NCBI GenBank assembly: GCA_002633005.1
Contig: NMRA01000201.1
Coordinates: forward strand, 199,139 to 263,138
Direction: 5' to 3'
Length of the DNA stretch: 64,000 nt
Source: Phoronis australis
Taxonomy: Eukaryota; Animalia; Phoronida
Shown: in pieces, positions 1 to 13,250 of the stretch
Numbering within the stretch: the stretch's first letter is position 1
Layout of the letters: the number at the start of each line of letters is the position of its first letter
Translations under genes and position numbers: made by a program
Notes under the pieces: generated by a model
Database searches by the model: none
What the model was told of the DNA's origin: nothing
The model's input: only the letters and a program-made list of their open reading frames with translations

Positions 1-1199
1 TTTGTGTTTCAAGGCAGGCTGGTTCATTATTGTTCAGTGTCAAACATGTGTTGAGATCTTGCCAGTTGGTCTGTTTGAACAACAAACTCATTAAAACAGT
101 GCTTAAACTATTGGAAATCAATTGTCGAATACAAACATCCTGAATAAGTCGAATAAATCAGCTTGTGTTCTCGCTCCATTCTTGGCTATTCTTGGTAGAG
201 AAGGAACATAGCGTTAAGAATGACTAGTATTTCGATGTTTGATGACTTATATGCCAACATTGGTAGCTTTCTGCATGCAACTCAACTTTCACTATTGCCG
301 CATATCACCATTGCATATTCTCATACCAGTAGACAAACCTGCGGGGTGGCGGCACCGGTCACGGTCCCATGATTTGTAGTAATATTTGCACAAAAGCACA
401 ATAGACGATTGGTGACTGTAACCAGCTGTTTGTGTTTCGGCATCGATCTTGCAGTGTCTTATTTGAACAACATCAGAGGTGTGTCTATAGTCATTGGATT
501 TCAAAAAATGACCATGAATATTTCAGCGTGAACTAACAACAGCTGTGCGGGTGACGAAACGCATATTTGACCATCGGGTGTCATTGGGAAATTATCTTCT
601 TTAGATGAAAAGTACTCGTGGGTTAGTGGGCAAACATTCATAGCAAATTTTTGTGGATCATGCAATGGACAAATAAATCCAGAAAATGTCATGCTGCTGT
701 CAAAAGTTTTGTCTTGTCTGTCCTTGGTTTCCAACCTGTCTATGAGAGGTTTCCAGTCACTGGCAACAAAGAGTCCATTCGAACTCATTGGCTCTCAGAC
801 AGATAAAGTGATTTACCAAACTTCTGTCCAACTTGGCTGAAGGCATATGTATTGTAATTGAGTGCTGAATGTCTGCTGTGGTGCCAAGTGGCCCTGGTAA
901 AGCTGTTGCTTAGTAACCTCTTGACACTGGCTGACCTCAGAAGCTAGATAGAAGTTCACAGTGGCAGTCCAGTCCTAACTTCTGTTTTTAATGACCATCT
1001 GGGCTTTTTGGCACTTTCTTTGTTTATCTTGGCCATTCTGCTAGTTGTATTATTGAAGTAAGAAAGACCAGTAGTGGTTTTGGCACACCCACTCAAGGTT
1101 ACAGGACACTGTTGAAATTTCTTTGAACGGGACTTACACGGTAATCCTTCACTTATTTCGCACACAATTAGTAGTCAAAATTGTCATTTTTTAATTTTC

Positions 1200-1960
1200 A
1201 AAGGCTGAGTACTTTGCTGCAAATAATAGAAAATTACTAAATGTTGCTTGTTGACATCTATACAGTACTGACCAAGCCAAATTAACTAAAGATGGCGGCT
1301 CTGGCACATTTTCACCCATTTTCAATCGTTCTGCTGTCGCATTTTCAACGTGAAGAGCAAAAGTTCTGCGATAACGTTTTTCTCAGACTTACCGTTTTCG
1401 AGTTATTTGACTTTGAATTTAAAAAAAAACATAAAATTACAATTTTTTCGAAAAATTTATGGAATGTTGCGAAACTATCAATTTAGATAGAATTTGGAAC
1501 AGGCTTTCAGAACATTTTTTCCATTTTTCGCTACGACGTCTACTTTTTGAATTATTCGAGATTTTCTGATAGCGCTGTTCCGTTGTTGACAGCTCTTGCT
1601 GCACTGATGTTGGTTTAGCTTCTGTTGAACGAGACCATGAAGACATTGCTCATAGAGGCCGCATGTTTCGACGTGCAGGGCTGAAAGTTGGTACAATTAT
1701 TATAGCACACAAGCACTACAACTGCGCCGTAAATCTAACTTCCGGTCAAAGATGGCGGAAATATCGGCAATGGTGCATGCATACCTCGATAACTGGCCGA
1801 AAACGTTTTCTCCTGTAGAGGGCGCATTGGCGAACCAATCATTTTCAAACTGGTCACGTGTTTGTTGCTTTTGATCAGCTTTTATAAAATTTTGTTAAAC
1901 TGGAAGTCACTTTCAAGATGGCGGCCTGGCGCATTTTCATATTTATTTTCTTTATCTTTA
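1200..1960. mobile_element. Degenerate non-autonomous DNA-transposon-like repeat in Musashi intron
   Basis: CpG-richer island with three AAGATGGCGG motifs (1289, 1749, 1915). The first and third share the context aagatggcggc(t)ctggc(a/g)cattttca. Confidence 0.35.
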
Positions 1961-4179
1961 TTTTTGTTGTTGAATATGACAAAATAGAATTTCGATAGTC
2001 TGCCATATTGTGTGCTTAATAGGTGAACAATTGTCGTACCAATTTAATTATCAAGGTTCACACAATTTGGCTGCAGCGTTGACTAGAAAATCTGTTTGGG
2101 GGAGGGGATGCTTGAATGGTGAAACTAAAAATTTGTATGGTAGTTGAGGTGGTGCCAAGTATAGGGTTATGTAGGTTGTCAAACGTGAAATGGATGCAAC
2201 TTGTCCATGCCTCAAATTTTTGTTGTCACCCTAGATTTTTGTTACTGTTAGAGATTATTTCACATAATTTACTTTGGTCGTGGTTGACTGAAATGTAGAG
2301 AGCTTTTATGTGGTCAACAATGTTATATGTTGAATGTTATATTTCACCAAATGACTTCATGTCTGTTGGGCATAAAATGCTATAAAAAAGAGTTCCTGGT
2401 GTTGTGAATTGGGGCATTACGTCATTTTCATCGTCATGTTCTGATGAAAATAGACCAGTTTTTATAGAATCGGTCATTCACATCCGTGTGAGAATTGATT
2501 AGTCGGCTATCATAAATTCCACAGGATAATTTATATAATGGTCTCTTTATTTTTTCTCTTAAAGTATTTTTCTAATGGACGGTTTTCTGTCATGGCACAA
2601 AAGAGCATCATTTAGTGTACCTACTTGTGAATTAAGTCTTATTTGGTACTTGGAGCCTCTTGAGTCTCCCCTTCGTTCTTGGTATTAAGCTTCTTTGAAC
2701 AGTTCTGGGTTGGAGGGTAAGACAGATGTCGTCTGCTACTCTGCTGGCTGTGGCTGAGAAAGTGCGATGACAATAGCTGTATTATTTTCATGTTGTGTAA
2801 CACTTAGTTTGTCCAACAAAAACTCCATCACCACCAGCAGCATAGCTCATATCAGTGGGTCTTTGCAGGGGAAAATGGGTAGTAGGATTGGCATCATCTG
2901 TTCGATTGTATGGATTATATCGTTGGTTAGCTTATCTTTGACAATGGAAAGTCTGCCACTGCTTGTTCGTTAATTTACAGATCATATTGTGGTAAAACTT
3001 GTTTGGGACACAATTTTCAGACATGTGAAACATCAAAGTTCTTGGTAAAAGAAATTTTCAGCAAATTTTACTTTTTTGTTTAGTGTGGCTCATATCGAAC
3101 TGCACTCATGAAAAAATATTTGGTAAAAATTTGTGGCAATGTAGCAAGTCAGAATAATAAAAGAATTGCTAGTCTAGTAATCATTTTTGGCCCAGGTTGA
3201 AGAATTAATTAGTCTTCTCTGCTGTAAGCTGATAAATATTCGTCTCTAGAGATTTGTTCGAGGACGCCTGTAAGTCCGTTCTTCCAGGTTAGTCGCGTCA
3301 TTTGTTGAATTAAATAAAAGGCTGGTGGTTTTTGCCTCATTTCACTTATAACAATTAATCAATGTTACGTGATGTCATCAGGAAATGTCTGTAACCAGGT
3401 CTTGTGTTAAAATGGTTGTGTTTATTTAAGGCAGATGGACAAATGTTAAGGCACTGTATTGATCATGGAAGCAGTTGGATGAATGATTTTTGAAACGCCT
3501 AAATTTAAGTAAATGTCAATTTAACTATAAGTGTTTTATTGTTTCCTTGAATGGTCTTCTGATGACCAATTAATTTTTACTCACTTCAACAGGCATGCAT
3601 GTGTTTATACAATAAGCCTTATTGAGCAGCACTTTAGACAAGACACTGGTATGCTATGAAATGTTTTCCTTAAATATTGGGGGGTTCTTTGCAAACTACG
3701 AGAATGAAGCGTGTCATTTCATGGAGTGTCACGTTAGATGTGAGTCAAAAAATTGTTCATTTGTTTGAAATTCACGGTCTAGCTGGAAATTTGTTTTTGT
3801 TGAGGAAGGAGAGCTTGGCCTGTCTGTTCTTCTCATTTCTAATCTGAGTAACCACCATGAGACCAATTTTATAATATTGGTCTAAGTAAATCAAAGATTG
3901 TTTTTCAACGGGTTTATTGCCTGCATAATGAAACAGTGCTGCATTACACTGCATAAGTAAGAAAGTTGCATTTTTTATGTGGTCTCTTGAACACCATCAT
4001 AATTGAGTGTATACTCTTGTCTTGAAACTAAGGGTCTGGACTCTCCTCTTTAAGGGAAATTTTTGCTGCTGAAAAATGCAATATGTTTATTGATTGTTGA
4101 ATGGGATAGCCATTTACTGAAATTAAGGCCAGCATCTTTACCATTTAAATGTTCTTAAAATACTCTGCTAATTATCGTG

Positions 4180-4245
4180 TAGGATTTTGCTCAGTAGTTG
4201 AGCATTCAACTGCTACAGCGAAGCTAGTGGATTTGATTCCACGCT
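4180..4245 (+). mobile_element. tRNA-derived (SINE-like) head, degenerate
   Basis: A-box-like tgctcagtagttgagc and B-box-like ggatttgattcc at tRNA-like spacing; no intact cloverleaf. Confidence 0.3.
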
Positions 4246-5162
4246 GCTGTTGAAGTCTGTAAAATTACTCTTCCTTAGGCCTAGCTTGATCATTGGCATG
4301 GCTGGTTGAGTAGTACCCTACTTTACATTACTATAGTGTTCAAGCCAGATGATGGATAGTCTTTTTATGGGTTTGAACTGAGGGCACTCCAAGCTCCTCA
4401 ATCAGAGCAGCATTTCTCGAATGTTTGATTTATTAATTCGACAATGCCATTTCTAAATATAGATTCAGATGAGAATTGTGTAACTGAAATATGACACTGT
4501 TTTTTGCATGGCAAGGTATATCTAGGAGAGAATTATGGTGGATACTAGTTACATAGTCTTATTTGGATGCACGTCTTGATTTTCATTATTGACAGCGAGT
4601 TTTATGCTGGGATAACGAAACTAAGCACAGATAATGACGTTTACATTTTCCTCAAACACTCATTATATTTCGCTTGAAAATTTAGATTTTAATCGATTGT
4701 TGCCAGCTCTTCAAGGTTTTCTTGTCTTATCAGAAGAGAGGGTTAAAGAAAGCTTTGTTTCACAAGTGCCACTTTTTCTACTCATGGACACGTGTCATTG
4801 AACTTAGTAACACATGGTTTTAGAATGCCTCAAACAAGAGTGATTGTCTTGAGTGCCCATGTTCATGTGTCAGACCTCTACTGATGTTGAAGGAGTCTGT
4901 TTGAGTGATAGTGCAATATTGTTTTATCAAAGACATATCGGTTTAAGACAAAATCTGACGTAAATGCTCAATTTTATTTCGTGAACTTTCTCACCAACTA
5001 TTGAGGAATATTTACTTCTTAATGCATATGGTTAGTGCTTGCAGTGTTATAGAAACCTTTGTAAATGCTAAAGCATAAAGCAGCAACTTTAGCAATTGAT
5101 TTAGTCCAAAGACGAAGTTTTTTTTTGTAATTCATTGTCAAGCATTCTGTCTTGTCTTGCAG

Positions 5163-8100
5163 GATTTGGCTTTGTGGAGTTTGAAGATGAGAATGTGGCT
5201 CACAGGGTCTGCGAAATCCACTTCCATGAGATCAAGCAGAAGATGGTGGAAGCAAAGAAGGCACAGCCAAAGGAAGTGATGTTGACACAGCAACAGAATC
5301 TAGCATGTAGAGGTAAGCTACACACAGATTGACTAGTGTCGGGCTCATACGGTTTTTATCATAGTAAAACCAGTGGTCGTTCTGCAATTTTTATTCTTAC
5401 TGGTGATACTGATTTGTTGTTTTAGCGGCGCATATTTGTTTGGTTGTGTCCCCTGAAAGGGGGTTTGTACCCTATCCCCTTACCGACATCCGTGTAGAAT
5501 TTGAATGTTTGTTGTCTTGATAGTCAGGCCAAGTCATTCCGCATTTTTGTCTTCTCTCGAGACAGAATACCAGGTAGAAAGAATAAGCATATACCGATAA
5601 GGCCACAGTTGCTCTGTTATGGTGGAGTAATGCCTTACATAAGCTGGGAAGTGTTAGCGCAACGTAAGCTTTAGCCCCTATGTAAAAGTCTTGTCAAATT
5701 AACTGGAAAGGATGTTAACTCTCCTTATTGTGGCACCAAATTTTCAAAAATGCACGAAAAACTGTTTACTCCTTCATCTCATGGTATCCACATTCTAAAT
5801 AGTTTTTCTTTCCATTTTAGGTTTCTTGAACACTTATCCAACTCTGAATGCGTTCACTCGACAACTCACAGGATTTCCCCCACACCCAGCTGCTGCCGGG
5901 TACTTCATACCTGCTGCTGGTACGTGTCTATAAACTGTCTTTTAGCCAGGTGACGTGGATGAAAATGAGACAGTAGTCCCATTGCCCAGATCCATTCATC
6001 TCCACCTGTGTCGAAAGGTTCAAACTAGCCAACCATATTGGGTGTTTTGTCATTGCGTTGTAGAAAACCTAAGCACAGCAGACAGCAGAAGTGGTATTGC
6101 GCGTTGTTGTTTTTTGTTTTACGTATACTTAGGCCTCAAATTACTATTATTATTTTGCATACTTGGACCCAGGGTCTAATCTCCAAACCTGGACTCCCTG
6201 TCAGACTCTAAACCAGTCCTGTTGCACGATTTGAGTACAAATTTGTAAGTTTACTCAAATCGTGCCATGCCATTGGTGAATTTTCGAGTACAGTCCCTAA
6301 GCCGTAGAGTTTTAATTTGCAAGTTAGTGTTACTTGACTTCAAGCATATGAATAGTAGTTACAGTACTGAGGAGAGTGACTCTACCTTTCCCAAAAGTGA
6401 CAAAAAGGCATAGTCGGTTCTGATCTTTACCTAAACACGTGCCTCAATAATTAAAGAAATAAGCGCCCTCCCACATCAATTTCAGCCAATGATTCGAACT
6501 GTTTATTCAAAAACTTCTTAAACGAATGCATTGAAGGTTTTAAATGACGTGACCTGCAAATAATGTCAATGTGAGCCACTGCCACCAGCCCCCCTCTTGG
6601 AAAAGTGTAAAACTAAAAGGTATCGCATCAATTTTCAATAAGAACACTGACTAGAACCAACTATGCGTTTTTAACCTGGCGTGAAGTTGATGATTCTGAA
6701 CTGCGTCTAAAAGGATATACTTGACGCTGGTCATTTCCAATGAATAATCCGTGTTCTCAGGAATGGGTCGAGGTCTGGGACGTGCACGCGGGCGAGGAGG
6801 CGCCATTATGGGCTATCCTGGAACGGGCGGTAAGACACGCACACACACAAACACACGCACACACAAACAAACACTCACGTTGTGCAGTGTACAGATTTAC
6901 CTAGGCCTGTCCTTGGGCTTTCTAGCATTTTCGGCGAGCTCTTGTGCGTGTGTGGTTAACCTCATTCTCCCTCAGCTTAATAACTTTCGTACTTTCGACC
7001 ATCGTGTGAGTACACGGCGGGACATCTATCCTCAGCCCACTTTCGGAGTTTGGGATTTTTGGTGTGCGTTTGTTTTCCTGAACTTTGTGTTAACCTTCGA
7101 CCTTGGGTGGGCTGGTTTATTTTCTAAGGAGCTCTCGTAACTTTTGATGTTGTTTTTTTTCTTTAAACTATTCACACAGTTTTCATTATTGGATATTTCT
7201 TGAATTTTCTGTTGTGTAGTGGTACTGGTACCGAAAGCCTAGTATTTGTATAGCACTTGATAGGCTAAGCATTCTCAGGACCGGGTGTCTTCTGAAGACA
7301 AAAACCTCGATTGTTTATAAGAACAGTAGCACGGCATAAAGCGAAATGTAGCTCATGGCATCACAATTGTGTATGAAGCTGGTTAACAACTAGATACCTT
7401 ATGTTCAGAACTTAGAATGATGTAACTTACTTATATTTCAGTGAATATACCATTAATACTTTGCCATTGTTCGTTATAAATTCAAATATTGGGTTTTGGT
7501 TGGACCTAGCTAGCTATTAGATTTGAAAAGGAGGCTGGGTTCTTTCACATTTCTGTCATATCTCCGTCTGCTGTGCTTGTGGTTTTTGTATCTGCCTACA
7601 CCCCACCTGGTGGCTGTTTTTGGTGTTGTAAAGTTTTGAAAGTTTTGTGTAATATAATCGGACTGCTAGGTGCCTAGAAAAAGTTTTTCAAACTTGATCA
7701 TGTTTTCTCCTCATCAGTACTTGGCAGATTTTTTTTCTTTTTTGCTTGTTTGAATACTTTGTGGACAATTTTTTTGTCTGCTTTATTAAATTGTAAAGTT
7801 GCTATGTCCAGAATTTTGATACTGTTGAGTTTTTCTATGTCAAAGTCTTTGATATTATGATAGTACCGATTTTGTATGTGCACAATTTATATTCTCACGG
7901 TATAATCTCAATTTAGGACACACGATATGGCGGACACATGAAATTTTGCTTTTAGCATTCATTTTTTCGTAAATGATGAGTACCACAAAATAAATGCTTT
8001 GTCATATTTAAGCTCAATACTATTGCTACCATCATGTTTTGAGAAACTGGGAATTCACTTTTGGCAATTATTTTTGTCCTAAATTGTCCAGATTTTACCT

Positions 8101-11100
8101 TAGTTGGGATTCTCCCAAATATGTAGAATGCGTTGTTAATGTGGATCTGGTTGTAAAGCTCTCATTGTCAACATGGTTGCATGATTTACCAAGTCCGCAC
8201 ACAGCACACTTTTCGAGGCTTTAGATTTAGATGTTATAGACTTCTGCTTGGGTGTTCAAACTTGCATGACGTGTACCCTGTCGAGCTAACCACAAAAATG
8301 CTATGAACTGGAATCGGCACACGAGTACTGCTCCTGAAAGTTGTGCCGGTCTGGTGTTCTCTCCTCAAAATTAGACGTTAGTTTAGACTGTAGCCTGCAG
8401 AGTGCGCTCTCGTCAGTGTGAATGTTGGGACTTTGTTAAATGCAGCCAGGGTAGCCATGAGAGTTGAATTAACCAGGCTACTTTCCAAGGCAGGTATTGT
8501 CAGTGTGTAGCAACACTGGTTCAGTCTCATTGTCATGCCGCCTCGTTGCTATGCAGTCTTGTTGCCACACCTTTCTACGCAGATAACAGCATAGCTACGC
8601 GAATGACAGTGTCTAAAAACTCGCATTGATAAAACCTGCTTAACGGCGACATCGAAACTTCTTTCTTATATTTTTGCAGTATTTATTCAAATGTATGCAG
8701 TCTCGACATGTTAAGTGGTTTACTGAATGCATACTTGGAACTGTGGATCTGTATATAGCATATATGATTTTCAAGACATTGTTGCCTTATTTCATTTAAC
8801 CATAATCTATGACCAGAAGTAGATTTTGATAAGTTTCCAGTTTCGATGTCGCCTGTTACATACTGATGAGTGTGCATAGACACGTGTGAGTGACCCGTGT
8901 TCTAATAAACCCCCACAGGCATGACGGGCTACCCTGGTACTAGTTATAACTACGTGACCACGGCGACGCTGCCCGGCGCCGACCGACTACCGGCGGGAAC
9001 CACCTACATCCCCGACGCGTCCGCGTTCGCTGCCGGTACACCTACGGCGCACCACCATCTGGTGGCTGCGTCGGCGGCTGCAGCGACTCGCGGTGAACCA
9101 GCCACCATCAACACGTCACCCGTGTTAACCAAAGACCAATATTCACACCGTGCAGGTAGTAGTAATGCTTTGCAGCATGTGAGTGTCTGTGTGTCTCAGA
9201 GCCTCTTCTTCATGTAGACCATTACAGTTCTGTTTGAAACAGAAAGGTGGCGCTTGTGCTGGTTCAAGAGTCATGTCTTCTGTACAACACTGGCTTTTTT
9301 GTGGATAGAGGGAGACATTGTATGTGCTATGGCAGCAGATAAAATACATTTCCAATGTGTGGAAGAATGGATGTCATGTAAATCAGTTTTTATTTGACAA
9401 CCTTAGCCATTTGTGATAAAGGTGTGGCGTCAGAATCTGCAAACTCCGCGTATTGTTCTTATTATTTATGCTACTCAGAATCGATGCCAGTAGTTAGAAT
9501 GTTAATTTTGTGCTACCTTGCACTTGCAGTCATTTAGTATTCTTAGGCTAGCAATGCCTTACATAGATTATCTTTTTTAGTTTATGAAGAAATCCAAAAC
9601 ATACATAAAAAATACCAAACTGAGTTGTTCCCTACGACATTTTGCTGTTCACAGAAGGTCGGACCCTATGAACACTTTGAACAGGAAGTGTAGTGGTCTC
9701 CCCATCAATTTTCGCCAGTGAAGCATGCGCACTTATAGTTCTGGTGTCAGCTGCTCGATAACATTAAAAGTGCCTGATCCAAATACCTTTGGCTTACATT
9801 TGAAGGATTGTTTTGAATTGTTTGTACCATTACACCATTTCATCATCTTCTAGTTGTAGTTCTGCAGACATTCTGTAGAACAATATTTCGTTTGATTTGC
9901 ACACAATAAGAAGTTGTCGGCAAATTGTTTTTACATGACATTGTCATTTTGTGTCATGCTTTGGTCTCAAATTTGTTGATGTATTTTGTTTGAAAAAGTC
10001 ACTACTTGCATCTTTTGAATTGCTTCTTACCCCCTTGTTTGGTATCTTGTTTGTTAAGTTGACACATGGTATTGACAATGTAGGTGCTTCCAACCATATC
10101 AAACTGTTGAATGACTTAAAAGGTCATGTGTGTAACCTTTGGCATTGGTCTGTGTTACTCAGTTGCATGGTCATTCCTGATCACCCATCTGGTTCCCTGC
10201 CTAAACACTAGATGGCGTGACATCTACATGTTTTGGCTGGTTATCTTGACTCGATTCTGTTACTTTTTGGTGCAAAGGCATGGCTTATTTATACACGAGC
10301 TTAAATCTCTGCGGAGACCACTTAAAGTAGGCACATAACAGCTAGGTCTGCACTATTCCATGTCTACAGTGTCTGTAATTGCCAATCAGATTTTAGCAGT
10401 CTCTAGTTCACGTAGACTGGAAGAGTATCTTGGTTGACCACACAATAGCTTAAACATGATATGACAATCGATAAGTTGACATGCCAGCATTTTTACACCT
10501 GCTAGGAAAATCTGTTGATTCACCATTGCCCTTAGTTAGCACATCTCCAATTGGTTGAGAAGACCATAAATTACTGGTTTAAGCTCTTCGATGTTGGTGT
10601 CTTGCGATAATAAGATGATATCAGAGATTCCAGTCCTAGAAGGCCTTACCTTGGCATTCTCATGTGGCATTCTCATGTCCTTTCTAATGTGTCTAATTAA
10701 AGATGCTATGTCTCCGTAAAACCGTGAATATTTAAATTTGTAGCAAGCACCACCTTGTGACTTCCTGGAGAACTGTGTGTACAAGTATATTCAGGAAAAG
10801 AAACAGTTGACAAATAAAAAGCGGTTTAAACTAAACACCATAACTGATACACTTAAAAAACAAGTGAGAACATATAGGAAAGCCTAGTAATTACAAATAT
10901 TATACAATCTTTATTTGATAGTGAAGTGAACAAATAATAAAAACTGTACCGTGTTTTATTAGAGTAACAATGACCAAACTCATTTACATAAAAATGAGTC
11001 TCGCAAAACACGACTCACTAGATTGTAATCATGGTAAGTGGTTCTCGGATGGTTTCTGGCACACCGGAAGACCCGGGGTTATTTGTAAACTAGAACTTCA

Positions 11101-13250
11101 TTTGCACATTCAAAATTTAATAAGACATAGCATTTTCAACTTATTTTATTTTGTTTCCAGTGTTAAGCAGCTATGCTCCGGCTACCTATGGTGCCCCCAC
11201 GTCTCCAGCCAGCCGCAGTGGATTCCCTCCTACCAACAGTCCGAGTCCAATCGACATTTACTCGGCACCAGATGTCACCGGCTACGTGCAGGCCACCAGT
11301 CCTCAGCCCAATGGTGGCTTCCCGAACATCACTGTAAGCAGCAGGGTAGGTCGCGTGCCGGCCTTGGGCATGGTTGACCTTTGTTGTGTTCCTACGCGCA
11401 CGCTCTAGTTCTTCCACACACGTTCGGTTGGTGATGGCACTCTCTGGTGGTTGATAACGCAAACATTTTTCAAAGGAATTGTCAGTTGGTGTCTAGTCAC
11501 ATGGTGACCATTTGTTTTGAAGAAACTACACATGCATTTTGAAGTGTGTTCCACATACACACAATTGACATATTCAATTTTTAACAATGAAAATGGCCAA
11601 ATTGATGCCATACTGCTTTTTCTAAATTAGCAGTACATATTTATGCATAGTTTCAATTGCGAGTAATTAAGAATGTTAGTTCATAACATGCCGGTTTTAG
11701 AAGAGACGTCATATGCACACATAGATTCAATCAATTTTTATTCATAAAACATAAAGAACACCATTTTTCTGGAATGCCACGCACGCCTATTTTGAATGGC
11801 TGACAAAGGGGGTTTTCATTGCGTTTAGGTAGAGCCTTTTTTCAATCCGATTTGTTTTTACTGGGTTTCCCATAAGCTATAGAACTTTTGTTCTACGTTG
11901 CTATATGATGTTACGCACTAGGTTGTTAAAAACACTATTTTTGTTGGCCGAGAGTCTCATCCCTGGGTTGTTAAAAACACCATTTTGTATGCTGGGAGTC
12001 TCTTCACTTGAGCTTGTGTAGCACATAATCAACAAGGTTGCGTATTTTGTTAGACATCTACAAAATTATAAATCTTAACTTGGTGAAAGAAGGCTTGTAG
12101 AACCTGATTTTTGGCTTTTTGCCCGTTCTCATGAATTGAGTCACGTGACCATGTGTTTTTTGTATAATTAGGCACAAAGAAGGGTGCGTTGATTGTAGAA
12201 CAATGTTAATAATATCTTTTTATGTAGATGATCAAGATGAGCTCTCAAAAACACTTACAGTTTTCTAAAATATTGTTTCATTTTAGTGAACTTCTTCATA
12301 AAAGACGTGAAAGTTCTTTTTTGATTGCCCCTCATGCAGAAGTGAAATATTTTGAGAGCAACAGTGCATAAATCATAGTATCTGAATGTTTCATACGGAT
12401 CCGATCGACCATTTCTGAGACATGATGTTCAGAAGTTAGCCAAATTTGGACATTTTTCTAGGGTCTTACATAGCCTTGAACAGTGTTATGTTAACTTCTA
12501 AATCCAACTAGTAGAAATTTAAAACCGCAGGTCGTTTGAATCATGGTAATCAAGTAGTTGCTTCCGTTCTTGGTCTACTGTCGTGTTGCGTGGATATTTG
12601 AAACTGCTTTTTAATCACCTTAATACGGTATTAGCCTTTCACCTGTGTTACATAAATTACTGTGCAGCATCATTTCAGTTTTTGCCACTGATGCATTGTT
12701 AATTACGCTTTTACATCTTACTTTTAAAAGGCATGTTCAGTGACTTGCTTATCCAAATTTCATTGTTTGTTGGCATTTCCGTTCGAATTCAAACATAGAC
12801 GTGTGTTACAAAGTTGATGTGCGTTACAAAGTTTCTGCGGTTTGCTTTTGATTTGGTAAGAAATTTTGACCTGAGATGGTTTGAACATTTCTAAAACTGT
12901 GCCCACCTGCACCGTGAATGGAGCGAATTAAGTGAGATTTTGTCAGCACGCACATTTTTTGCGATCTATCTACGAGTTGACTTTTTGACTGGATGAACAT
13001 CACTAAATGTGCCTTCATTGATGAGTTTCTGTTTGAGGACTAACACTGAATTTGTTCATTTTGTTTCTTCACCCACCCATTGCTACTGACACAATACTAA
13101 ACTGTGGCTTCACATCAATACTCTTCTCTTCTGCACTTTCGACAGAGTCTGATGGGTCCGTTTGACGTGAATTCACATCATGCTCTCCTCTCACACCCCC
13201 TGCAGAGTCAGTTGATCTCAACAGCTTTCGCTTCACACAGCTACCACTGA
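5163..13250 (+). CDS. msi: Musashi-family RNA-binding protein, 3' coding exons: 5163-5312, 5821-5919, 6761-6829, 8919-9155, 11161-11333, 13206-13250 (alt acceptors 11209 and 13146); 5' exons lie upstream of the window
   Basis: GT-AG exons with compatible phases (1,1,1,1,0). They encode the RRM2 end [40 protein letters not shown], an Ala-rich segment, the SPSP/SPQP region and the terminal [14 protein letters not shown], matching the Musashi C-terminus GPLIATAFTNGYH. Confidence 0.93.
12030..12480 (+). mobile_element. MITE, same family as 63420-63862
   Basis: Shares acatctacaaaa(t/c)t(a/g)ta(a/g)at(c/t)ttaact and tttctgaga(c/t)atgatgttc(a/g)gaagttagc(c/t)aaatttgga(c/t)atttttct(a/g)gggtc(t/c)tacata with the 63.4-63.9 kb copy. 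Confidence 0.55.

Noticed and set aside
240-1165. Minus-strand ORF fragments (70, 95, 69 aa)
   Set aside because: Possibly an old transposon relic, but no motif could be confidently recognised.
2560-2960. Possible RTE-LINE 5' remnant on the minus strand
   Set aside because: Only faint similarity (gagctatgctgctggt; QVGTLN), too weak to call.
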